Shown: one piece after another, positions 1 through 11,100 of the stretch
Layout: every line of letters starts with the position of its first letter
Numbering within the stretch: the stretch's first letter is position 1
Source of the DNA: Macrostomum lignano
Taxonomy: Eukaryota
Length of the DNA stretch: 64,000 nt
Assembly (NCBI GenBank): GCA_002269645.1
Contig: NIVC01002651.1
Coordinates: forward strand, 1-64,000
Reading direction: 5' to 3'
Notes under the pieces: generated by a model
Seen by the model: only the letters and a program-made list of their open reading frames with translations
What the model was told of the DNA's origin: nothing
The model's database searches: none
Translations under genes and position numbers: made by a program

Positions 1-243
1 CCACTCTATGCGCCAGTGAGGCAATTTCTCTTTGACTTTTCTGAACTAAAAGATAACGAGAAAACTGATTGGGGTAGCTTTTATCAGTTCAACCCTAGCA
101 CACCGCATTGCCCAACTTCATTCCTCAACCCAAGTAGCTAAGTTGCGTCACTTGCAAAGATTTAGAGAATTTACCTGCACTCTCAAAATAAGCAACAGCT
201 GACCACAGATGAAATCTTCTGTGATGGCGACTTTTTGATGTTG
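1..243 (-). CDS. Possible two internal exons (175-243 and 1-40) of an unidentified minus-strand gene running off the window
   Basis: AG/GT boundaries on the minus strand (ctcag|CAACAT...GTGCAG|gtaaat; ttcag|AAAAGT) give an open phase-0 reading QHQKVAITEDFICGQLLLILRVQ-KSQREIASLAHRV. No recognisable homology. Confidence 0.2.
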
Positions 244-1186
244 CTGAGTATATATAGCTTTTTATTATTAGTCTACTTCAATTTCTAAAATTATGTTTAA
301 TATAATTTTAGAAAGTAGGTAAGGCCTATTTGTTATCATTCTAAGAAAAGACTAAAAGCTAAGTCTTATTTAGCAAAGCCTAATATATTGCTATACTTGC
401 TTATTCTAAACAACAAAATAACTTCTTTGAATCATTAATCAAATTTGTAAAAAGTCAAAAAAGTCAAACTAATAAAATATAACTTTTATTTCATTATAAT
501 GCTCTTTTTATAACAGGGCACCTTAAGTTTTATTTTAGCTGAAATGGCATATTCCAAAGAGTATACTATATATAAACTCATTGTGTTGATACTTGATATT
601 ATTTAAGAAGCTTTCTATATGAATACGAATCTTGCTTAAACTTTTTAAATGATTACCATGTTAGAGTCATAGTATTGATAATTTGAAGTCCTAAATTAAG
701 TTTGTCTTATATAGCTATTTATATATTGCTTTATGGTAATATAAGCATGCTAATAATCTCATTAGATTTATTGCTTTATAATACAGTTGTTCATACACAG
801 ACCTTTTTACATATAATGGTTTAAATCTAAAGTAAGTTTAAACATAAGTCTAAAAGAACTTAAACTTGATGAAAGAAACTGAAACTATAGGCCTAAGGGA
901 AATTGGTATATGTCTTACAAAATGCAAACTGTCTGTAATTTTTTTATAAGATGCTATAAAATAATACTTACACTTGATCAATTGTGGTGCCATAATTTGT
1001 TTTAACTTCACTGCCACAGAAGAATTATTTTTGTTTTTTTACTTTGCCATTTTTGAGCCTTCAATTTTTTTAAGCAACAATATCTGAACTTTCTACTTCA
1101 AGTAGCGCAAATCCTTGTTGCCCTCCTGACTAGCACTAGTTAGCCGCCGCGCATCGTACAGTTGCACAGTCAGCAGGCGGGTCGCC

Positions 1187-3117
1187 ATGCAGCGCCCGTT
1201 CGGCGCGAGTGCCGCCGCCTCCCAACCGCCGTCCAGGCGACTGCATCTTCGCCAGCTTCAACCGCGGTGGCTCCGCCGCCACCTCACCGTCAGCAGCAAC
1301 ATCAGGCGGTTGCGCGCATTCATCAGCACCCTGCCTCCGCCAACTTGACGACGACCACTCTGCCAGGCAGTCGGGCCGCCGTGTCTGCCGGCAGTCCGAC
1401 CCGGGTTGCGCCGCAGGGCGAGGAGAGCCTCCAATCGGGCCTGGCCTCTCTCAGCCCGCCGGCAGAGCCGCGTCCCCAGCCGCCGCTGCTGTCTAAACTG
1501 CTGCCGAGGCTTTCCCTCCCCTGACCCCGGCCGAGGACAAAGTGGTGGCCTCCGCTACTCACGTGTTCCTGTCCGAGTCCGTGCCAGTGCAGGGCCGGCG
1601 CGGCTCGCAGCAGTTGCCGCCAAAGAGTCCGAAAAGTCCCCGAAGTCCCGGCCGCCAAAAGGGGCCGCAGCGGCAGCCGCAGCTCCCTACCAACCTGCCG
1701 TTGCTTCTCCTGTGGCTTCGCCGCAGCAGCAGCAACAGCAGCCGCAGCAGCATCAGCTCCTTGGACCGCCTGCTAGTCCCACTACTGGTCATCAAAGTCT
1801 TCAGCATCAGCAGCATCACGACCAGCAGCAGCAGCAGCAGCAGCAGCATCACGACCACCACCAGCAGCAGCAGCAGCATACTTACGCTGTACCCTACGCA
1901 GGCCAGTTTCTGCAGCAACAGCTTCAGCAGCAGCAACAGCAGCAGCTCGGCAGCCGTACCCGCTCCCATCCAAACCTGCTCAACGATTATGTAAACGTTG
2001 TGGACGCCTCGCCAGATAAACCGCCGCTGCCTCATCAAGGCGGTCAGCCTCCGCTTCCGCCGCCTCTTCATCCGTCTCTCCAGCATCCGCACCATCATCA
2101 GCATCATCATCAGCACAATCAGCATCCGGACTCCTCAGGCGCGGCGCTGCACTCGCTCCGGCTTCAACTGGAGGCTGCGCAGTCGCGTGCCAGCCGAGTG
2201 GAGCTGTTGGAACGCGAGCTGTCCCGCTTGGCTGACGCGCACGAAGCTCTGGTTAAATCGGCCGAGCGGAGCGCCCGTCTCGAGACCGCGGTGCGGCGCC
2301 GGCTAGAACGAGAGTGCGCCCTGCTCAGACAGGAGAATGCTCAACTGAGAGACCGGCTGCTCAGCGCTGCCGAGTTTCATCATCAGCAGCAGCATCATCA
2401 GCATCAGCCGGCTACTCAGGAGACTCTGCAACGATTGGAGGCTGAAAATCTGGCTGTGAGTTTGTTGAGTTTAAATCAATTAGTGTTAAAGAGGCCAATT
2501 ATCAGTTGGTTAAAGAGGCCAATTAGCAGTCAGTTAAAGAGGCCACTTATCAGTCAGTTAAAAAGGCCAATTAGCAGTCAGTTAAAGAGGCCAATTAATT
2601 ATCAGTCAGTTAAAGAGGCCAATTATCAGTCAGTTAAAAAGGCCAATTAGCAGTCAGTTAAAGAGGCCAATTATCAGTCAGTTAAAGAGGCCAATTAGCA
2701 GTCAGTTAAAGAGGCCAATTATCAGTCAGTTAAAGAGGCCAATTATCAGTCAGTTAAAGAGGCCAATTATCAGTCAGTTAAAGAGGCCAATTATCAGTCA
2801 GTTAAAGAGGCCAATTATCAGTCAGTTAAAAAGGCCAATTAGCAGTCAGTTAAAGAGGCCAATTATCAGTCAGTTAAAGAGGCCAATTATCAGTCAGTTA
2901 AAGAGGCCAATTATCAGTCTGTTAAACGGGCCAATTAGCAGCTACTTTATTCAGGTATTCAAAAATTTGTATTTATATTCTTAGCATAATAATTGCATTA
3001 TCACAGGTCTCATTTTAATGTCTAAACTCCTTAAATCCTTTTTAGCTCAAAGAGCAGCTGCTGAGCTCTCCAGCGCATCAACAGCAGCACAATCCCAACT
3101 GCAGTAAACAGAGCTGA
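1187..3117 (+). CDS. AMOT: Angiomotin-like (AMOT family) coiled-coil protein with a Q/H/P-rich N-terminus; large exon ending at 2455 plus a small terminal exon 3046-3117; the 5' part has a frame discontinuity
   Basis: RASRVELLERELSRLADAHEALVKSAERSARLETAVRRRLERECALLRQENAQLRDRL matches, by recall, the angiomotin coiled coil ([58 protein letters not shown]). Donor GCT|GTGAGT at 2456 (phase 0) joins tttag|CTCAAAGAG at 3046, giving ENLA-LKEQLLSS and a stop at 3115-3117. The start is uncertain; a Kozak-like gccATG lies at 1187. Confidence 0.7.
1720..2110 (+). repeat. Coding CAG/CAT-rich repeats (polyQ/polyH tracts) in the angiomotin-like exon
   Basis: Runs of cagcagcag and catcatcat translate to QQQQ/HHQ tracts in the main frame. 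Confidence 0.85.
2483..2940 (+). repeat. Intronic minisatellite, 23-24 bp unit (GTTAAAGAGGCCAATTATCAGTCA)
   Basis: About 19 tandem copies beginning about 27 bp after the AMOT-like donor. Confidence 0.95.
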
Positions 3118-3487
3118 CATTCTGACAAAAACGGTCAAGTTGTTCTTGTGAAAACATGTAACTTTTAAACTTTTTTTCTGATTCGAAATGATTTTTTACA
3201 ACGAGCTCGTCTCTTTTAAAAATGCAATTTAATTAGCGCAACCTGATGCAAAATCACAAATCGAAATGTTTATATTCTTATTCTAGTTGGCATTAACTGT
3301 ATAGCATATCTGTTATTCTGTTAATAATTTTCCAACGGGTTGTACTTGATCATGACGCTCTTCCCTACCTTTGTTTTGTACTGCTTTTGTCTTCCTGTTT
3401 TTTATTGCACCTTTGCTGTCGGCTTCGTGCTCAAGAAAAAAATTACTTATTGTGCTTTTTCACTTTTAATAAATATTGCCCCAATAA

Positions 3488-3875
3488 GTCCTCGGATCGG
3501 TCCTATAATACTTTGATTGGTCCTCGGATCGGTCCTATAATACTTTGATAGGTCCTCGGATTGGTCCTATAATACTTTGATAGGTCCTCGGATTGGTCCT
3601 ATAATACTTTGATTGGTCCTCGGATTGGTCCTATAATACTTTGATTGGTCCTCGGATTGGTCCTATAATACTTTGATTGGTCCTCGGATTGGTCCTATAA
3701 TACTTTGATTGGTCCTCGGATTGGTCCTATAATACTTTGATAGGTCCTCGGATCGGTCCTATAATACTTTGATAGGTCCTCGGATTGGTCCTATAATACT
3801 TTGATTGGTCCTCGGATTGGTCCTATAATACTTTGATTGGTCCTCGGATTGGTCCTATAATACTTTGATACGTCC
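3488..3875. repeat. Minisatellite, 32 bp unit (GGTCCTCGGATTGGTCCTATAATACTTTGATT)
   Basis: About 12 near-identical tandem copies. Confidence 0.95.
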
Positions 3876-4644
3876 TAGGCTACACAATTTGAAGCAAGTC
3901 TTCCTACTGTTTTTAGTGATATTTACACGTGTCACACACTTTAGAAGCGTCTGTATTAATCATAGCAACTTTACTAACGATACCTCCTACGAGCGTATTG
4001 TGCTTTAATGGATCAGATTAACAGCTATATGTAGCATGTATGCTATGGTAGGTAAATTAGCTTTATTAATACTCTCCGCCAGGTCAGTATTACTTGTCCC
4101 TTGGCTAGACCTCTCCTGCCTTTGTATTTTTAGTGATTTTTCGCAATTTTTACAGTAAATACTTAGTTGCACTAGCCATTTGTACTATTAGCATGCACCG
4201 TACTTTGCTCTTTAACTGACCACTGCTGATGGCTTTTGTCCCCGAGGTCTTGTACCTATCTAGTGTCTTTAATTGGCCTAACTTTTTTTCACTGACAGCC
4301 TTGACACCCTTTATCTCCACCGCCAGCGTACACTGCTCATCTTTTTATTTGTTTGTTTAAATTTATTACTTTAATAAAATGAAAATACAGACTTGTCAGA
4401 ATCTGTAGTTACATTGCTGGTGTCCGATTGAAGCTTTTCCAGTGTAAAAGTTCTGCTGTGTTGCCAGAATTGCTTAATGTTTAGCGCGCTTATTAACGTG
4501 CAGCGTCACTGATGATTGGGGTTCGCATATCCGAGGAGGCAGGGCGTCGCCACCGGGGGGACATGCCATTGCTTTGTCCTATCCACTCCATCTTGTGACC
4601 CGTTATGGAAATCAATAATTTTGCTACAGAGCGACAAAATATAG

Positions 4645-5225
4645 CGCCTGCGGCATCAAAATGAGTGTCTGCGGCGCCAAAATGAGTGCCTGCGATGCTA
4701 AACTGAGTGTCTGCGGCGCCAAAATGAGTGTCTGCGATGCTAAACTGAGTGTCTGCGATGCTAAACTGAGTGTCTGAGACGCTAAAATGAGTGTCTGAGA
4801 CGCTAAAATGAGTGTCTGCGGCGCCAAAATGAGTGTCTGCGATGCTAAACTGAGTGTCTGCGACGCCAAAATGAGTGTCTGCGATGCTAAACTGAGTGTC
4901 TGCGGCGCCAAAATGAGTGTCTGCGATGCTAAACTGAGTGTCTGCGATGCTAAACTGAGTGTCTGCGATGCTAAACTGAGTGTCTGAGACGCTAAAATGA
5001 GTGTCTGCGACGCCAAAATGAGTGTCTGCGATGCTAAACTGAGTGTCTGCGATGCTAAACTGAGTGTCTGAGACGCTAAAATGAGTGTCTGCGGCGCCAA
5101 AATGAGTCTGAGACGCTAAAATGAGTGTCTGTGGCGCTAAAATGAGTGTCTGCGACGCTAAAATGAGTGTCTGCGGCGCCAAAATGAGTGCCTGCGGCGC
5201 CAAAATGAGTGCCTGCGGCGCCAAA
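4645..5225. repeat. Minisatellite, 21 bp unit (AAATGAGTGTCTGCGGCGCCA and variants)
   Basis: About 27 copies with interchangeable variants; this explains ORFs 4493-5242 and 4624-5100. Confidence 0.95.
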
Positions 5226-5487
5226 ATAAGCGCTGACAACACCGATTCTAGAAGTAATGTATGCTCAACAACATTAAAATGTCGCCACCTTTGAGAGTGG
5301 GCAGTGAATTCTAGCTCAGTATTGACTTTTGAGTGACGCGACGCAGAGTTGGGCTGGGTGAGAAGGGATTGTGAAGAGTGGAGGGCTTTTTATTATCAAA
5401 ATGGTTGGCCAGGTGATAGACGCTGGTCGAAAGACACTGCTCACTGGGGCAAAGGGTGGCGACTATTCAATGTTGCTGAGTGTACAT

Positions 5488-7420
5488 GCCTTGACATCTC
5501 AGTAATTCCCCTTGAGCCTTGACATCTCAGTAATTCCCCAGGAGCCTTGACATCTCAGTAATTCCCCATGAGCCTTGACATCTCAGTAATTCCCCTTGAG
5601 CCTTGACATCTCAGTAATTCCCCAGGAGCCTTGACATCTCAGTAATTCCCCTTGAGCCTTGACATCTCAGTAATTCCCCAGGAGCCTTGACATCTCAGTA
5701 ATTCCCCATGAGCCTTCACATCTCAGTAATTCCCCAGGAGCCTTCACATCTCAGTAATTCCCCCGTGAGCCTTCACATCTCAGTAATTCCCCCGTAGGCC
5801 TTCACATCTCAGTAATTCCCCCGTGAGCCTTCACATCTCAGTAATTCCCCAGGAGCCTTCACATCTCAGTAATTCCCCCGTGAGCCTTCACATCTCAGTA
5901 ATTCCCCCGTGAGCCTTCACATCTCAGTAATTCCCCAGGAGCCTTCACATCTCAGTAATTCCCCCGTGAGCCTTCACATCTCAGTAATTCCCCAGGAGCC
6001 TTCACATCTCAGTAATTCCCCGTGAGCCTTCACATCTCAGTAATTCCCCAGGAGCCTTGACATCTCAGTAATTCCCCAGGAGCCTTGACATCTCCGTAAT
6101 TCCCCCGTGAGCCTTGACATCTCAGTAATTCCCCATGAGCCTTGACATCTCACTGATCTTAGTACTTCCCCCGTGAGCCTTGACATCTCAGTAATTCACC
6201 CGTGAGCCTTGACATCTCAGTAAGTCCTCCGTGAGCCTTGACATCTCAGTAATTCCCCATGAGCCTTGACATCTCAGTAATTCACCCGTAAGCCTTGACA
6301 TCTCAGTAATTCCTCCGTGAGCCTTGACATCTCAGTAATTCCCCATGAGCCTTGACATCTCAGTAATTCCCCCGTGAGCCTTCACATCTCAGTAATTCCC
6401 CAGGAGCCTTCACATCTCAGTAATTCCCCCGTGAGCCTTCACATCTCAGTAATTCCCCCGTAGGCCTTCACATCTCAGTAATTCCCCGTGAGCCTTCACA
6501 TCTCAGTAATTCCCCAGGAGCCTTCACATCTCAGTAATTCCCCCGTGAGCCTTCACATCTCAGTAATTCCCCCGTGAGCCTTCACATCTCAGTAATTCCC
6601 CAGGAGCCTTCACATCTCAGTAATTCCCCCGTGAGCCTTCACATCTCAGTAATTCCCCAGGAGCCTTCACATCTCAGTAATTCCCCCGTGAGCCTTCACA
6701 TCTCAGTAATTCCCCAGGAGCCTTGACATCTCAGTAATTCCCCAGGAGCCTTGACATCTCCGTAATTCCCCCGTGAGCCTTGACATCTCAGTAATTCCCC
6801 ATGAGCCTTGACATCTCACTGATCTCAGTACTTCCCCCGTGAGCCTTGACATCTCAGTAATTCACCCGTGAGCCTTGACATCTCAGTAAGTCCTCCGTGA
6901 GCCTTGACATCTCAGTAATTCCCCATGAGCCTTGACATCTCAGTAATTCACCCGTAAGCCTTGACATCTCAGTAATTCCTCCGTGAGCCTTGACATCTCA
7001 GTAATTCCCCATGAGCCTTGACATCTCAGTAATTCCCCCGTGAGCCTTCACATCTCAGTAATTCCCCAGGAGCCTTCACATCTCAGTAATTCCCCCGTGA
7101 GCCTTCACATCTCAGTAATTCCCCCGTGAGCCTTCACATCTCAGTAATTCCCCCGTGAGCCTTCACATCTCAGTAATTCCCCAGGAGCCTTCACATCTCA
7201 GTAATTCCCCCGTGAGCCTTCACATCTCAGTAATTCCCCCGTGAGCCTTCACATCTCAGTAATTCCCCCGTAAGTCTTCACATCTCAGTAATTCCCCAGG
7301 AGCCTTCACATCTCAGTAATTCCCCAGGAGCCTTCACATCTCAGTAATTCCCCAGGAGCCTTGACATCTCAGTAATTCCCCAGGAGCCTTGACATCTCAG
7401 TAATTCCCCAGGAGCCTTGA
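5488..7420. repeat. Minisatellite, 28-29 bp unit (GAGCCTTSACATCTCAGTAATTCCCC..) with a 666 bp higher-order duplication
   Basis: About 68 copies. Rare variants recur at +666 (tagg at 5795/6461; cactgatc at 6151/6817). Confidence 0.95.
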
Positions 7421-8102
7421 ACTGACAGTACATGTATATTTTTCAAGAGCTTGCATAATATTTATTCATTGGGAAAAAACTATATAAGTGTAGTGCAGCG
7501 CATTACGCGACCCTAGCCCAGCTGTCAAACATTATTAGGATTTATTTTCAAAGCAATTTCTCTGGCCAGAATAATGATTAGCATCGAATTGTAACAGAAT
7601 ATTTGCGTGTCCCTGTGCGTCCCGAAAGTGCACCGAGTACTAAACACTTGATCCCTTGGATTTCGGGGAGTTTAGTGATCTTTGCGTGGGAGAAAGTGAA
7701 CCGCATTGAACAGCTCGTATTAAATTTCTAATCGATAGTTATGCGAGGTTTGCCTGCTAATTAGCCGCTGTTCTACCTGTAATTTTCACCATCTAGAAAG
7801 AGCAGACAGTTCTCAAATATACAGTTACGGGAGCTTGAGTTCCATTGGCAATTAGTGGTTGTCGATGTGCCGAGAATATAAAGTACCAAATTTCTAGCCC
7901 ATTTTGACACCGCAAACCCAGCGAATCCCGGATGGAACTGGATTTGATATTTGTCTCGCTTATAGATAGAATCAATTTTCTCTTATCGGATATTTATCCT
8001 GTCGTGAGGGTATATATAGGCATTAAAACACGCTGGCAACCACTAGCAAGGAGTGCAGTACTTTGCCTTGTTGCCACAAATTAGTCATTCTATACCATCC
8101 CA

Positions 8103-11100
8103 ATGAGATCGCCTTTGCTGCTGGTAATTGTATCGCTTCTTCTACTAGGAGAAGCCGCAGAAATTGCCCGGGCTCTGCGCCTCGCCGTGCTGGCTGAGCC
8201 GGGGCTGCTGCAGCCGGGTCTGGTGCAGCGAGTCGTCGACAGGCGGGTCAACCAGAACCCGCTGCTGTTCCCCGGCCTCGGCGAGTCCAACCCGCTCACC
8301 TGCCAGCTCGTGTCCGCTGACGACTCCGTCTTGGCTGTGCAACAGAGTGAGACATCTATGCTGTTGTTTATCTATGGCCAGTGCATCAATGCACTCTGTT
8401 TATCAATGGCCAGTGCATTGGTGCACTCTGTTTATCTATGGCCAGTGCATCAATGCACTCTGTTTATCTATGGCCAGTGCATTAGTGCACTCTGTTTATC
8501 TATGGCCAGTGCATCAATGCACTCTGTTTATCTATGGCCAGTGCATTGGTGCACTCTGTTTATCTATGGCCAGTGCATCAGTGCACTCTGTTTATCTATG
8601 GCCAGTGAATTAGTGCATTCTGATTATCTGTGGCCAGTGCATCAGTGCATTCTGTTTATCTATGGCCAGTGCATCAGTGCACTCTATCTATCTATGGCCA
8701 GTGCATCAGTGCACTCTGTTTATCTATGGCCAGTGCATCAGTGCACTCTGTTTATCTATGGCCAGTGCATCAGTGCATTCTGTTTATCTATGGCCAGTGC
8801 ATCAGTGCACTCTGTTTATCTATGGCCAGTGTATCAGTGCACTCTGTTTATCTATGGCCAGTGCATCAGTGCACTCTGTTTATCTATGGCCAGTGCATCA
8901 ATGCACTCTGTTTATCTATGGCCAGTGAATTGGTGCACTCAGTTCATATGGCCAGTGCATCAATGCACTTTGTTTATCTATGGCCAGTGTATCAGTGCAC
9001 TCTGTTTATCTATGGCCAGTGCATCAGTGCATTCTGTTTATCTATGGCCAGTGAATCAGTGCATTCTGTTTATCTATGGCCAGTGCATCAGTGCATTCTG
9101 TTTATCTATGGCCAGTGAATCAGTGCACTCTGTTTATCTATGTCTACTGCATCAGTGCACTCTGTTTATCTATGGCCAGTGCATCAGTGCACTCTAATAC
9201 ACTAGCTGTAAAACAAAAACATTCAAATCCTATACTTAAATAATTACCTTGCAGTCTGTCGGTCCAGCGGATTCCACGGCCTCGTGGCAGTCGGCAGCTG
9301 CTCTCTGGGCAGCTCGGTGCACCGGCTGGCCAAGTCCTTGCGAGTGCCCGCCATTTTTGTGCCAGCGGGGGAGCTGTGCCTACTGGACACTGCTGAGTCT
9401 GGTATGTGAGCTGTGCCTGCTGCATGGACACTGCTGAGTCTGGTATGTGAGCTGTGCCAGCTGGACACTGCAGAGTCTGGTATGTGAGCTGTGCCAGCTG
9501 GACACTGCAGAGTCTGGTATGTGAGCTGTGCCAGCTGGACACTGCAGAGTCTGGTATGTGAGCTGTGCCTGCTGGACACTGCAGAGTCTGGTATGTGAGC
9601 TGTGCCTGCTGGACACTGCAGAGTCTGGTATGTGAGCTGTGCCTGCTGCTGGACACTGCAGAGTCTGGTATGTGAGCTGTGCGTGAGCTGTGCGTGAGCT
9701 GTGCGTGAGCTGTGCGTGAGCTGTGCGTGAGCTGTGCGTGAGCTGTGCGTGAGCTGTGCGTGAGCTGTGCGTGAGCTGTGCGTGAGCTGTGCGTGAGCTG
9801 TGCGTGAGCTGTGCGTGAGCTGTGCGTGAGCTGTGCGTGAGCTGTGCGTGAGCTGTGCGTGAGCTGTGCGTGAGCTGTTGTCCAACTCATTCATCCTGCA
9901 GAGTTTGCTTTTGTTGGCGATGATCACCCTAGCAGACTTTTGTCTGCAGTCGTCGCCCTGCTGAAGTCGCACTCAGCCAGCCTCGTGTCCGTGTTCTATG
10001 ACAGTCACCAGGGTATGCGGCTGCTCTAAAATTGCCTTTTGTTATAATAGACTTAAACCATTGCTAATTGATACGTCGTAAACGACAAACTTCAGATGAG
10101 AGCCAGATGCAGTCGCTCCAGTCGCAGCTGTCAGCCTCAGGCATTGCGGCTGTCAGCTTTCAAACTGATGCTCCAACGTCAAACATATCGAGAATTCTGG
10201 CTGACTCCATTAAAAAGAAAATCCGATTCAATCTGATCTTTGCCAGGCCCGATGCTGTCTACAGTCTGATAAGACAGGTGCTGTTTCACACTAGCTTTCA
10301 ATTTCCAAATTTTTGGCCTTTATATTTTGATTGCGAAGCAAATTTTGCAGGCGGTTCAAGCGGAGGCAGTGCAGGCCCACTACTACTGGCTGGCTCTGGA
10401 CGAGGGGCTGCGGCCGAACCAGCTGCTGCGGCTGCTGCCACCCAACGTGTCGGCCAACGTCATGCTGGTCCGCGGCTCGAGTCACGGCCTGCTGGATCCG
10501 CAGCGGCTGCGGCTGAGCGGCGGCTGTCCCGACGCTCTGCGAGCCGTCATGGGCGACTCGTGCGACCCAGGAGCTGTCAGCGTGAGCATCTGAGCATTCT
10601 CATTGAGCCTTGGCATCTGAGCATTCTCATTGAGTCTTGGCATCTGAGCATTCTCATTGAGCCTTGGCATCTGAGCATTCTCATTGAGTCTTGGCATCTG
10701 AGCATTCTCATTGAGCCTCGGCATCTGAGCATTCTCATTGAGTCTTGGCATCTGAGCATTCTCATTGAGCCTTGGCATTCCGGCCATTGTGACCCGTGGT
10801 GGGCAAGCCATTGTGACCCGTGGTGGGCAAGCCATTGTGACCCGTGGTGGGCAAGCCATTGTGACCCGTGGTGGGCAAGCCATTGTGACCCGTGGTGGGC
10901 AAGCCATTGTGACCCACGTGGGCAAGCCATTGTGACCCGTGGTGGGCAAGCCATTGGGACCCGTGGTGGGCAAGCCATTGTGACCCACGTGGGCAAGCCA
11001 TTGTGACCCGTGGTGGGCAAGCCATTGGGACCCGTGGTGGGCAAGCCATTGGGACCCGTGGTGGGCAAGCCATTGTGACCCGTGGTGGGCAAGCCATTGT

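Noticed and set aside
4509-4515. CTGATGA hammerhead ribozyme core
   Set aside because: No stem II followed by GAAA and no flanking helices could be built.
4486-5233. 9 bp inverted repeat GCGCTTATT/AATAAGCGC flanking the 21 bp array, as possible transposon TIRs
   Set aside because: It is too short, has no TSD and has no second copy in the window.
5488-7420. CRISPR-like appearance of regular 28-37 bp repeats
   Set aside because: The units are directly adjacent with no unique spacers, there are no cas genes, and the context is eukaryotic.
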